This document shows positions 1 to 14,850 of a stretch of 64,000 bases of DNA, piece by piece. The notes beneath the pieces were generated by a model that did no database searches, was not told the DNA's origin, and was given only the letters and a program-made list of their open reading frames with translations. The DNA lies in NCBI RefSeq assembly GCF_009914755.1, contig NC_060932.1, one strand, 5' to 3'. This stretch comes from the human T2T-CHM13v2.0 reference genome, Homo sapiens. How positions within the stretch are numbered: the first letter of the stretch is position 1; every line of letters starts with the position of its first letter. The translations under genes were made by a program, and so were the position numbers.

Positions 1-87
1 TACTTTTATAGTAAAAGAAAAGAAAAAGGTTTCACCTTCCACTCCTAGATTGTATAAGCACAGGAGAAAATAAAAGGTATACACTAG

Positions 88-380
88 TTTTTTTTTGTGT
101 TGTTGTTTGAGATGGTCTCGCTCTGTGGCTCAGGCTGGAGTATGGTGGCGCAAGCATAGCTCATTGCAGCCTCAAACTCCTGGCTACAAGTGATCCCTCA
201 GCTTCAGCCACGTGAGTAGCAGCTACAGGTGTGCATCACCACATCTGGCTTAAATTATTTTTGTAGAGATGAGAGTCTTGCTATGTTGTCCAGGCTGGTC
301 TTGAACTCCTGGCTTTAAGCAATCCTCCTGCCTCAGCCTCCTAAAGTACTGATTACAGGTGTGAGCCACTGCACTGGGTC
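88..380 (-). mobile_element. Alu SINE (AluJ-like)
   Basis: T-rich tail followed by reverse-complement Alu (gagatggtctcgctctg...gattacaggtgtgagccactgc); diverged. Confidence 0.9.
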
Positions 381-589
381 CCACACTACACTGCTAACAT
401 GTTATTGATTGGGTTTGGAGGGGAAGACAACTTTATTATATATCTTTTAAATTGTCTGAACTCTTAATAAACATTTTTTCAAAATGACAGAATTTAAAGC
501 ATTTTCTGAACACCCTTACCATAAAATACAATCACAAATTGGTGATTTGGCCTATGTGAATTAAAAAATACTAAATATCTCCCACCTAC

Positions 590-763
590 CATAGTAAGTG
601 TCCAAAGCACTGCAGTAGCTTTCACTAATCCAGTCTGTTCCGGACTCCAGGCCATCTATCTTGCTGGCAGACTTCGGGATCGCTGTTTGTGTAGCAACAC
701 AAGGCACATCCCAGCAACGCCACACACAAACATGTGAGCAGAAAACTAATAACCACCGGTAGC
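590..763 (-). ncRNA. Candidate spliced exon downstream of TDH (possible TDH read-through or FAM167A-AS1-region transcript)
   Basis: Minus strand: ctttgttctgatgttttacacAG acceptor (765-764), ATG|GTAGGT donor (589-588), 174 nt, CpGs retained; transcript identity inferred only from locus position. Confidence 0.4.
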
Positions 764-1364
764 CTGTGTAAAACATCAGAACAAAGCCAATCTTTGTATT
801 CTTTCTTTTTTATTTATAAATAAACTATTTTTGTGGTTAAACCCACTTTTCCTTCAAATAGCTTTTTGGGTTATTTCCAAATTAATCATAAAAAACCCTT
901 TCTCCCAACAGAACGGAAAGCATTTTACAGGAAAACATTGATGGGCTCCGGGATCCCAAGATGTGCACCAGATACTGAGTGTTCAGACAGAAGGGACAAC
1001 TCTAATTCTAGTCTTGGAGTACAAAGATGTCAGTGAATAAGAATCATCCAAAGAAGCTGAAGCATTCATTGTTTTTTCACTCTTATTTGAGATCTCCTGG
1101 AGGTGTGTTTACAGATTGGGAAAGATTCAAGGAACCTGTTTGGAACAAACCCCTCCAAATGATCCGAATTAAAGGTCATTCTAGGAGCCTGGTAGAAATG
1201 CTGGAAGGTTAGGGTCTAGGAGACAAAGGTCACTCGAGTTGCTGCTTCTTATCTTATGAAAGGGAAGAATTGCTTGTTCCTTTAAGATAACTGAGAATAA
1301 ATTAATCAAACTTAAGAACTGTTTTTTAAACTATAAACAGTAAGCAATCATTTTAAAACTCAAT

Positions 1365-1818
1365 TATCTACCCAAATGTTCATAGCAGCATTATTCATAA
1401 TAGCTTAAAAAGTGCAAAAAACCTAAATGTCCCTCAATGGATGAATGGATAGAGAAAATAAGAGGATTACTCATACAATGGAATATTACTTAGCAATAAA
1501 AAATGAAGTAGTGATACATGCTAAAACATGGATGAACCTTGAAAATGGACTGCTTAATTAAAGAAGCCACTAAAAGACAACCACATTCCACTTACATAAA
1601 ATGCTCAGAACAGACAAACCCAGGGACAGAAGAAGTACATTAGTGGTTGCCGAGGGTGGGAAGGGCTTATATAATATGATTTCTTTGTGGGGTGATGAAA
1701 TGGCCTAAAATTAGATTATAGTGATGGTTGCAAAACTTTTTAATACATTGAAAACCACAGAACTATAAATGAGTGAATTTTATGGTATGTAAACTATATC
1801 TCAAACTTTCAAAAAAAG
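1365..1818 (+). mobile_element. Old L1 (L1M) 3' end fragment
   Basis: atgttcatagcagcattattcataatagc...aatggatgaatggat...acatggatgaaccttgaaaa...gtgatggttgca is typical L1M ORF2 end / 3' UTR. Confidence 0.8.
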
Positions 1819-3319
1819 AATTCATTACTAACTTTCTGATTTTAAAAAATAAAATCTTCCTGCCTCTCAAGAGCAGCCCAAAAGAAAAATAACAAAAAAA
1901 TAAAATCTACAAACATAAACCTTATTAAGTGGAGGAAAAAGCTACAGTAATGTAACTGTTAAACAATTCAATTACCTAAAAGTTCTCCAGTTAATAGTCA
2001 AATAGATTTTAAATCCAGTTATGCCTTCAAAAAAATCCACGCTTTGACCTAACAGTTCAAAACTCCAAATGCATAACATTTTGTTATTAAGCATGCAACA
2101 TAAATAAACGCCTTTTAATCCTTGATAGCTGTTATCAAATATATCCATGATTAATCTGTGGAACTGGAAGTTTCACTTCCTAGTGATTTTACATGCAGTA
2201 CATTCCGAGGTCGCTGGAAAAAAGTTAACCTGTACGTGTCTATACAGTATTGCACCAGAAATATTTTTTTAAATGACCGGATTGAAAGCATTTTCTGAAC
2301 ACACTCATTCCCTTACCATAAAATACAATCAGAAATTGATTTGGCCTAACTTCAACTTAAAAAGTTAACCTGTATGTATCTATACGGTAATTGCATCAGA
2401 GGGTTTAGAGTAGCCCTTCTGAAAGCTCAACCCAGGAATATCTTAAAAAAAAAAGATGCAACAAGAAAGTGCTCTTTAGAAAACTGCATTGGTCTAAACT
2501 GGTCTGACTAGTGGGCCTCAGCTGGATTCAAATAACCAGTGGCACCTGGCACTTAATGAGTGAATCTAAAGGGATGTAGCCCAGAAACCTGTGTATTAGA
2601 CAATCTCCCTAGATGCTGATGTTGCCAGGTCAGGGAATTATGTTCCTGGGAATTACATTTAGCTCACTAATAGGAGGGCAATCAAAATAAGAGCAGGGCT
2701 ACCCTTCGCTGGTTACATCATCTTTGAATTCTTAATTTCCCACAGATCTAGCATCTTCCAGAAAAACCAGAAATTATAATTTTTGAAGCAGTGTCAAAAT
2801 ATCTTGAATGTGATAGACATGGGATGAATACACCAAACATGTTTTACTTTCGCTGGGATAGTAAAGAATACTTATAAATGAGGAGTACCTCTTTGAAAGT
2901 CCTTAAAATGTAATCTTTGGTCTTTAGTCAAGAGAATAATCGAGTCTTAAGAGGAATATTTAAATTGAATTTAATTAAACACAAATGTCACATACTCCCA
3001 GCTTCCCAGAAATAGTCACTTCATCCTAATTAAGGAAATGGAAACTAATGATGACTTAAGCCTTATTCTGTGGAATGTGTTTAGACAAGTTCAGGCAAAC
3101 AGCAAAAACTGAAAAGTCCCACCACCATACCTACAACATTCTGAAAATGCTTAAATGTTAACTCCATTCTTTGTCTAGCAGTTCAATATGAGCTGCCAAA
3201 ATTTAGTCCAATGAGTCAGTTCCAAATAATGTAGGCTCCTTGGAGTCTATAACCTTGGAGTTGTGACAGTTCTCCCTTGACAGTGGACCAGGACACAGGA
3301 GCTCCTCTTCCAGATTCTT

Positions 3320-3484
<165 letters not shown>

Positions 3485-4005
3485 TTAAGTTATTCAGGTT
3501 GTGGATTTGCAAAAAGGTCTTGACCATTGTATATAAAGGTCTACCGTACAAGGTACAAAACAGGAAATTCCTTCGAGTAAAGCAGAACCGCCATTATGCA
3601 CAGTCACCCTCCTAGGGCCGAAGACTATTAACCCATCTTTCGTCAGGCACTGTGAATTTTCACACATTATCAAAATCTCACACAACTTCATAAGAAGTTT
3701 TATACTCAAAGAGGTGCTTCCATCCACAAATTGGCAAAGTTACAGTATTTGAAAACCTGGGGCTGTTTTCATACTACCTCTGTTGCTTCTATTTTTCCTT
3801 GCTTTATGTTTAAACTGTAAAAATGATGAAAGGCTAACAAGCTGTTTATTTGGAATGGAATGATTTCACCCACTTTAGATATCATTCCCCAAAATCAAAG
3901 CATCTGCTAGCTTGGGCTCAACAATTTCTTGGGCTAGGCTCCTTCTCCAAAAGGTGTCTGGACCCTTGGGAAGGATCTATGCTCTCTTCAACCTTCCAAG
4001 GTTTA

Positions 4006-4377
<372 letters not shown>

Positions 4378-4383
4378 TCAAGG

Positions 4384-5187
4384 CAGCAGTTCTCAAATGT
4401 TCTAGTCTCAGAGTCTTTTTATAACAGATTCTTAAAAATTAAGAAGTCCAGTCAAGCTCAGTAACTCAGGCCTGTAGTCCTAGCACTTTGGGAGGCCGAG
4501 GCAGGCAGATCACCTGAGATCAGGAGTTCAAGACCAGCCTGTCCAACACAGTGAAACCCCAGCTCTACTAAAAATACAAAAATTAGCCAGGCGTGATGGC
4601 ACACATCTGTAATCCCAGCTACTTGGGAGGCTGAAGCATGAGAATCGCTCAAACCCAGGAGAGATGGAGACTGCAGTGAGCTGAGATCACGCCACCGCAC
4701 TCCAGCCTGGGTGACAGAGCAAGACTCCATCTCAAAAAAAAGAATTGAGAACTCCCAAAGAGATCTGACTAATGTGGGTTATATCAATATTTACTGAAAC
4801 AGAGTTAACTGAGAATTGTTTAGAATATTACCTTTTTAAACGACAATAAGCCTATCACATATTAATATGTATAACATTTTATAGGAAAAAGGGTATATTT
4901 TCTAAACAAACAAAATTTACTGAGAAGGATGGTCTGCTGTACATTCTAAAAATCTCTTTAGGGTCTGGCTTGATAGGGGTCCGCTGGAGCCCCCATCTGC
5001 TTCTGTATCCAGTCCGTTCTTATCTCACACGCCACACCACCTCTGGAAAACTCTACAATGCATTTGTGAAAGTAGAGTGAAAAAGGCCAGTAACGTCTCC
5101 ATATTGATAAGATTTTTGACCCCCAAGACCCCTTGAAAGTGCTGGAGGATGACCGGAGCTCCCCAGATCACACCTGGAGAAGCACCA
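4384..5187. mobile_element. hAT-Charlie (Charlie1-family) internally deleted element, interrupted by an Alu
   Basis: cagcagttctcaaatgttctagtctcag...gagaactcccaaagag at one end and ccccagatcacacctggagaagca at the other; same termini as the longer copy at 15460-18292. Confidence 0.6.
4448..4741 (+). mobile_element. Alu SINE (AluS-like)
   Basis: gcctgtagtcctagcactttgggaggccgagg...gcaagactccatctcaaaaaaa. Confidence 0.93.
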
Positions 5188-5583
5188 TATTAAAAAGCAG
5201 AAGCTTTTTAAGGCCTGCTTCCAAATCCCTCTGATGCGGTCAAGTACCTTCCATATTCATTCTCAGGACCACAGATGTGGGAAGGATACCTGATGTGGGA
5301 CTTATGAAACAGAATGAGTGTTTGAGTCCAAAATAATAATCATACTTATGTTCCTTTCACATACACAATGCCTAGAGTCTATTTTAATAGGGCTCTCTCT
5401 GCGTGTTAAGAAACGAGAGGCTGCTGCTTGCTGGGGGTCTTCCTACACTGTGAGTCACAGATTTGTTGTTGAATATTACGTTTTATTCTGCCACTGTGGG
5501 TGGCCAATCCCGAGCTGAACTGACAACGCTGGCATGTGCTACCCTTAGTGAGTGTAAGCCAATTGGGTTCACTGTGCTTTTAA

Positions 5584-6018
<435 letters not shown>

Positions 6019-6068
6019 GGAAAGCCTATCTAACATATAAGAGACATAAGAAATAGAAAACACTTAAC

Positions 6069-6159
6069 CAGTTGTTCCTCCTCCAGGCTGGGAGTCAGCT
6101 GAAATGATTCCAGGATATCTCAGGCATCAGAAATCTAACCCATACCGGTAATGATAATA
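6069..6159 (-). pseudogene. TDH: TDH coding exon 6 (disabled: acceptor AG>GG, nonsense R214X)
   Basis: ctttttcatGG|TAT TAT CAT TAC CGG TAT GGG TTA GAT TTC TGA TGC CTG AGA TAT CCT GGA ATC ATT TCA...ACA ACT G|gttaag; reads [29 protein letters not shown]. Confidence 0.95.
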
Positions 6160-6581
6160 CCATGAAAAAGAGAAAACGTATTCAAACACAAATATTTTAA
6201 ATCAGATAGATGCAAAAAAAACAAAAACAAAAAAAACCAAAAAACACCCTGCCTTTTTCTGAAATCTCATTCCATGCAGTTATATTTAAATACTCCTAAA
6301 GAAAATAAAGACTCCTAAGTTTTTATCTTTTAAAAGAAATCAACTTTTAGGTGGTACATCAATGCTGTAAATGACACATTAGTCTACAGTAGGCATTTCC
6401 AGCCACTCTTTGGAAAGGCGCCACTGATCATCATTCTGAACGATTCAGCCTGAGTGCATTCCCACAAGCAGCACGGGGAAAAGCAGAGGAGAGAACAGTG
6501 GATGAGAGGGCCATGGCTATGACAGAACTGGAGGAGCAGGCAGCAACTCGAATCTACTAGAGTTATAAAGATAAAGAGTAT

Positions 6582-6885
6582 TTTGCAGTAGTTCACACCT
6601 ATAATCCCAGCACTTTGGGATGCTGAAGTGGGTGGATCACTTGAGGTCAGAAGCTTGAGACCAGCCTGGCCAACAAGGCAAAACACTGCCTCTACTAAAA
6701 ATATAAAATTTAGCTGGGTGTGGTGGCACGTGCCTATAATCCCAGCTACTTCGGAGGCTGAGGCATGAGGATCCCTTGAACCCAGGAGGCGGAGGCTGCT
6801 ATGAGCTGAGATCACGCCACCACACTCCAGCCTGGGTGACAGAGCAAGATTCTGTCTCATAAAACAAACAAACAAACAAAACAAA
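6582..6885 (+). mobile_element. Alu SINE (AluS-like)
   Basis: gttcacacctataatcccagcactttggg...gcaagattctgtctc followed by an (AAAC)n tail. Confidence 0.92.
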
Positions 6886-7210
6886 CCCAAGATGTTTGAG
6901 GTTTTAGAGTTACTACCAATGGCTACCAATACTAGGAGCCAGAAAGAATGGTGGAGTACAAGACAAGCAGCAAATGAAGAGATCGGGGCTGGGCACGGGG
7001 CACCCAGGAAGTGCTGAGTGTTCCCATATGGCTGAGGAGGTTTCAGGAGCTGGAGACACCTGCTACATGGCAAACCCAGTGAGTTAAGTAAGCGACTCTG
7101 GGGCTGGGATCCAAGAAGAGGTAAAGTTCCTCCAGGGATGAATCACCAGGCCTTGGAGGCAAAACGAATGAGAAAGCAAACAGCAAATCGTGACAGCCAG
7201 GGCACATTCA

Positions 7211-7423
<213 letters not shown>

Positions 7424-7429
7424 CTATCA

Positions 7430-7744
<315 letters not shown>

Positions 7745-7859
7745 TCACTGGTAGCCACGCAATAACTAAGACAGCTGGGCACTAGGCAGCATTTTTCTTA
7801 CGGAAGAATCACAAGTCACAACCACCCCGCGCCAGGTAATGACAGCAAATGCTCCTATA

Positions 7860-8080
7860 GGACCTGCCTGGGCCAGACCCTGTCCTAAGGACATAAGTCC
7901 ATTTCTTTCCCACACAGCCTTGGAGGTAAACACATTTTACTGATAAGGAAACAGGCACCGAGAGGTTAAGCAACTTGCCAGGATCAGAGAACAAGTGGAG
8001 GAAATGGGGCTGCAGCTAGGCATCGGGCTCCAGAGTGGGTGCTGTTCCTCCCAGCCCTGTATACACAGAGTGGCTTCACT
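7860..8080 (-). mobile_element. MIR SINE
   Basis: cattttactgataaggaaacaggcaccgagaggttaagcaacttgccagga matches the reverse complement of the MIR core. Confidence 0.7.
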
Positions 8081-8315
8081 CTGCTTCCAAGGTGCACATT
8101 TGAAAAGGAATAGAGAAACGGACTTATTCACCACCACCACCACCTTGGTATAGAAAACCCACAAACCATGAGTTTATCATACTTAATTACACAGAGGTAA
8201 AGTTGATCTTGCTCTGTGCCAATTTTCCCCACTTACAGCAAACTGTCACTCTTCCCCATGGTGAGCAGCAAAAGGCTGATGCTGAACCAGGAAGGACTGG
8301 GGGCATTACAAAACC

Positions 8316-8597
<282 letters not shown>

Positions 8598-8648
8598 GAC
8601 ATAAAAACATTTTTGAAGCAGTAAAATCCTGATTAGAAGAGCTTGAGA

Positions 8649-8906
8649 GGTGTGTGTGTGTGTCTGTGTGGATGTGTGTGTATGTGTATGTGCGTGTGTG
8701 TGCGTGTATGTGTATGTGTGTGTGCGTGTATGTGTGTGCATGTGTGTATGTGTGTGTATGTGTGTCTGTGTGTGTGCGTGTGTGGGTATGTGTGTGCGTG
8801 TGTCTGTGTATGTGTGTATGTGCATGTGTGTATGTGTGTATGTGCGTGTATGTGTGTATGTGCGTGTATGTGTGTGTGAGTGTCTATGTGTGTGTGTGTG
8901 TATGTG
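8649..8906. repeat. Compound (TG)n/(TGTA)/(TGCG) microsatellite, ~260 bp
   Basis: Directly visible alternating purine-pyrimidine tract. Confidence 0.97.
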
Positions 8907-9096
8907 TCTTTTCGTTTCTATTCTTGATTTTTGTTTGTATTCTCTCCAAGTCAATAAGTTAACTTAAAACACAAAAAGACAGGAAACAAAGTTTTCATTT
9001 CCAATAACATCAAAATATATTATTCCAAAAACTTCAAGGTCAAAAGAATTCTTCTGTTCTTTTATCACTTGAACAAGCAGCAGCATTAAAAATATA

Positions 9097-9600
9097 TATT
9101 TTTTTATTATACTTTAAGTTTTAGGGTACATGTGTAAAATGTGCAGGTTTGTTACATATGTATACATGTGCCATGCTGGTGTGCTGCACCCATTAACTAG
9201 TCATTTAACATTAGGTGTGTCTCCTAATGCTATCCCTCCCCCCTCCCCCACCCCACAACAGGCCCCAGTGTGTGATGTTCCCCTTCCTGTGTCCATGTGT
9301 TCTCAATGTTCAATTCCCACCTATGAGTGAGAACATGCGGTGTTTGGTTTTTCGTCCTTGCGATACTTTGCTCAGAATGATGGTTTCCAGCTTCATCCAT
9401 GTCCCTACAAAGGACATGAACTCACCATTTTTTATGGCTGCATAGTATTTCATGGTGTATATGTGCCAAATTTTCTTAATCCAGTCTATCATTGTTGGAC
9501 ATTTGGGTTGGTTCCAAGTCTTTGCTATTGTGAATAGTGCCGCAATAAACATACGTGTGCATGTGTCTTTATAGCAGCATGATTTATAATCCTTTGGGTA
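9097..9600 (-). mobile_element. 5'-truncated primate L1PA element (3' UTR and ORF2 C-terminus)
   Basis: ttattatactttaagttttagggtacatgtg is the L1PA 3' end; ORF 9310-9552 reads MFIAALFTIAKTWNQPKCPTMIDWIKK; near-TSD aaatatatattttt / aaatacgtattttt. Confidence 0.93.
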
Positions 9601-9662
9601 AAATACGTATTTTTAAGTGAAATACCAGTGCCTCAATAACTTCTCTTTGAGTCATAAATTCA

Positions 9663-9935
<273 letters not shown>

Positions 9936-10367
9936 CTACTTCCTCTTCATCCTCAATTCCCACACCTTCAATTCTTATCTCTCTCACACTCAGGCCTCTA
10001 TTTCCCTGCCCACGACTCTCTCTTCTGTTTCTCCTCTCACCTGACTGTTAACCCTATGCTTGTCACCGGTTTCTTCCCATTACCCCCCAGAGTTTTTACC
10101 TCTTCCTCATCATTCTTCTTATCTTCTCTCCCCTCTTCTTATTCTCTTACCCCATTCTCTCCAAATCCCACACTCTTCCCTTCCAGTTTGCACCTGTACT
10201 TCCCTTGGTTCTCAAACAACTAAAAGTCAAAGTGATTCACTGGGAGATGTGTGTCTCACTTTGCCTAAGTTAGGAAACAGAAAGAGAGCAAAGGACCAGT
10301 CTGGAGATGTTAAGTCAAGGGCCTACGACAAGTCTGGGATATTCAGAGGCAAAATAAAATGTATTTT

Positions 10368-10682
<315 letters not shown>

Positions 10683-10863
10683 TCTGTATCTATATCTATA
10701 TCTCTATATATCTATATCTATAGCTATATATAGCAGTTATTTAGATATATCTTAACAATGGTAAGGAGCAAGAGGAGAGAGAAAAGAAGTTTAAAAGGCA
10801 TCCCAATGAGCTCCATATACTTAACAACTCAGATTTTAAATTTCAAGTTTTTAGGGCTCTTAC

Positions 10864-10906
10864 CTCAAAAGATTAGCAAGCCCCACTCCCAGCTGGCCAA
10901 GAGCCC
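10864..10906 (-). pseudogene. TDH: TDH coding exon 2
   Basis: tcttcttcatctAG acceptor, GAG|GTAAGA donor; (G)ALGQLGVGLANLLR, the NAD-binding glycine-rich motif. Confidence 0.93.
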
Positions 10907-12750
10907 CTAGATGAAGAAGAAAAAAAAGTGAAGGTTTAATGCAAATCTAAACAGTTCAATTATTCCCAGAATGTAATAACTGAGTGAGACTAGTTTTCAG
11001 TCTTAGCTAACTACGTAAGTCCTAGGTTGCACTGATATAACTGCTGCTTACTTCCAATCTTCCCAGGAACGTGGTGCAGCGCTTAGAAATGCAATGATCT
11101 CCCCCATGCTAGGACAGAGACCAATACAGGTAACATTCGTTTCAGAGACAACACTTACCAGCATGGAGTGGTTCCGAGAAAGAGGAGAAGCAAGGGCATT
11201 AGAAGAGAAAAATCTCATGAAAGCCAGACACAGGTCTGGAATTTCTTGGGGCAGGAACTCAATCTTGGCCTTCATTATTTTCATGAACTTTGAAGCTTAT
11301 CTGCTATGGGTGACAAAATCATTCAAAACCAGTATGAACAGATTCATATCCACCTCTGGTGACATGAGGCAGAATCCCATCCTCCATTAGAAGTGGACTG
11401 GGATATGAAAGGGAAAAGAGGCAGGGAGAAACCAAGAAGTCATTTGAAAAAGGGGCAGACAACTGAATCAACAAGGCACCACTGAGAAAGTTAAAGTGAA
11501 TAGTGCAGCTTCTAGTTTGAAGAATTAAACATGCCACTGATAGAAACGGGAGGCCAGTGGGCTAGGAGCACATTTGGGTAAGGACAACAGTCCATTTCAT
11601 TTGAGAGAAACTGATGAGGCAGGAAGATATAAAAGTGGGACTTCCTGTAACCATTTGTTAACTTGGGAATAAAACCAGGACACCCTGAAAGATGCATCAT
11701 TAGGGGAGGTGAGAGGGAATAAAACAAACACTCGGACAACACGATGGGTGAATCCGAGGAAAGGCAGAGAGGGACATCTACTAAGCTTGAAACTTATTTC
11801 AGCACCAGAAGTGGACAAGGCAGTCAAAGAGTACACACACACACAGACACACGAAAATGAGAAGGATAATGCTGTAAAACCAAGGGAAGAAAGCCTGGCA
11901 AGAAAGAGAAAGAAGTAAAACATGTCCATCAAACTGGAGGTAGGTTTGGGCTGGCTGGAAGTGACAGAGTAAAGTCTGGAGTGAGAAGGATACAAAATCA
12001 GGGGCTGAACATATTTGAGGTGAGGAGGTTCAGGGAGCGAGTCACTGGCAATGATGACCTCAATGGCAACAATGAGCTCAAGGGCCATGATGGGCTCGAG
12101 GACAACAATGAACACTGCAGCAACAAGTCCCTTGACCAGACGCTAACTTACCTTCTCTATTTCCAACATGCAAATGTGCAATAACAGTTTGGGATTAATG
12201 ACTCTGAGTTTAGGTTCAGGACTCTGGCCAAGGAACAGCGTGCCTAACACCAGAATCAATGTTCTAGCCCCAGCACCCTCCTGTCCACTAGCCTTCACTC
12301 CCCAGACTGATCCTAATATGGAAGGAAACCAAGTTCCAGAGCAGCTATTTGGCCCCCAGTTTCCTAGATTCCTTCGAACAACAACAAAAATTACGGCAGG
12401 CAAAACCAAGTGCTGGCAACAGTGATGAAATAAGGATTTGGATTTGCAAAATTCTAAGAAACAAACAAAAAAGCCAATAGTGAAAAAGACAGTGTCTGAT
12501 CAATAAGATCAGCTGCTCTAATTTAAAACTTTTGTATTATAAAATACCTCATTCTGAAATCCTTTTCATAGTATAGAGAATAGATCCAGATTCTGTCATC
12601 TGGCCAAGCCTGTTTTTGCTGCATTATCGGCTACAGAGACAGGCAGTATGGTTCAGATAGCATATTACACATTCCAAAAGCAAAGGCACAGACACATAGC
12701 ACAGGAAAGAATCAAGCCATGCAAATAGAAAAAAGAAAAGAAAAACTAAC

Positions 12751-12937
12751 CTGTAATTAAGACTCGTGGATGGTCTGTGTCAGAGAAAGACGCAGAGTGG
12801 AAGTTAGCATCTGCTGGAATTTGCCGAGGGGAGATGCCCAGAAAGCGGACCGGCAGGACAGGCGTCCAACAGCCACAGGCTGGGCTCTGCCCCGCTCGCC
12901 TCAGCATCCTAATGAACAGCATTTTCTTTTCAAATAC
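12751..12937 (-). pseudogene. TDH: TDH coding exon 1 (ATG at 12922-12920; it has its own acceptor, so a non-coding exon lies upstream)
   Basis: ttttctcacaAG|GTATTTGAAAAGAAAATG; MLFIRMLRRAGQSPACGCWTPVLPVRFLGISPRQIPADANFHSASFSDTDHPRVLIT(G); CAG|GTTAGT donor. Confidence 0.93.
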
Positions 12938-14522
12938 CTTGTGAGAAAAGAGCAGAGTTAAAGATGTGAACTTTTATCCCTCCAGCTCTTCAAAACAAAC
13001 TCTTCAGCTAAAATGAACGCTAAGATTGTCAGCGAATGAGCAAAGCTATGCTTTTATTTTATTTTATTTTTTTAAAGCTATGCTTTTAGATTCAGGAATC
13101 GAACTAAAGAGACTGCTGAGTTCGCCGATAGGAAGCCAGTCAAGGGCCTCCTGTGAGCCAGGCCCTGTGATAAAGGGATAAAGTGTTGCTCACACAGAGT
13201 CCAGCCAAACAAAGGCCAAACTGAGATTCAGAACTGACACCGCACAACGCTGACACCAGCTGGGATCTAATGCAAAAGAGGCGGTAACTGCACAGAGAAC
13301 GCGCATATCACAGAGACAAAGTCGGTGGATCCTAGCAAAGGCTTTAAGTCTTGACTGCAACTGTTATCAACTTGTCCACACAACGTCTGAGGATACAAAT
13401 GGGTCCCAGATTAAATACAAAGTGCCCTGTAAATCTTGTGTTAACACTCACGTTATGATGAACCAGCCTAGAAAAGCAGAGGGTTAAGATAAAAGGATAA
13501 AAAGTCCCGCAGCAATATTTAGTAAGCTGTGAAGGATTTTTGTTTTTCCATCATCTCTGTAGAGAGGGTCACGTAGAAAAGTCATTTTCTTATTGTTTCA
13601 AAGATCACATAATTTAATTTAGTCTACCTCCTCCTCCTCATCAGCTTCAATAGTACCAGCTGACCATGAAATCAGCCCTGGCCTTAGAGGTCAAGATGGT
13701 CCAGTCACATATGGCTTCAGACTGCCATGTTCTTCAACGGGTCCCCAGCACCCAGGCAGGCATGTCTTGAGAGTAAACCAGAGCTGCCCAGCTTGCTTTG
13801 CTGGTTCTAACAGCAACCCCCCCACCCTCCCTACAGGCAGGCCTACCACATACTCACACTGACCTGTGGCCTCTACTCACTCGCCCCCTGGAAGAGGAAG
13901 TCTCTTCCAACAGAAAAGGCAGGTGAGCTTCAAAGCCAATTCAGGTGTCCAGTCCCCTCAACCATCTTCTATTCTGCATTATAAAGGGAAAAAAAGTAAA
14001 CAAACCACAGTTAGAGACATTTCCTGTAAGATATGAACTTACAGGAAGGTACTCAGTGCCTCAAGTAGATTTAAGACAGTGATTCCAAGTTAAATGCCGG
14101 AAGTAGCAGAAGCTTTCTTGCAATCCCTAATCATACCAAAACCCAAATTACAGAAAACAAAAGGAAAATAGTGTCTTTTCAAAACATACGCCTTTTCATA
14201 CCTTTCTGGGTCATGAGGGTTTTGCTCTTTACTACTCCAAGACAAGACAGGTGGAACCTGCCTGGTGGCTTCTGTGGGGTTAGTGACTGGACCCACCAGG
14301 TGCCCAGCATCTATAAGACACCTAAGGCCCTTCACCCCAGCTAATGTTCTCAAATAAGCGAGTAGAAGAGAACCTTCTCACCATGGCACATCTCTGCTTT
14401 TACTGCACAGGCCCAAAGTGATGAGGCAGGTGTCCAGGATGGGCCACATTACGGGAAAGGCCTGAGCTTTTCCTCAAGCAACCCTTACAGGAACACTAAC
14501 TGTAGCCACTGCTGGCACCTGA

Positions 14523-14850
<328 letters not shown>

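Noticed and set aside
6127-6129. TGA214 as a selenocysteine or read-through codon
   Set aside because: The position is a conserved Arg (CGA>TGA CpG decay), the exon acceptor is also dead, and I saw no SECIS-like element.
6384-7073. 229-aa minus-strand ORF and similar short ORFs (4458, 5710, 14559, 27710, 28677, 36175, 42019, 56371, 61616)
   Set aside because: Translations of antisense Alu sequence ([15 protein letters not shown] motifs).
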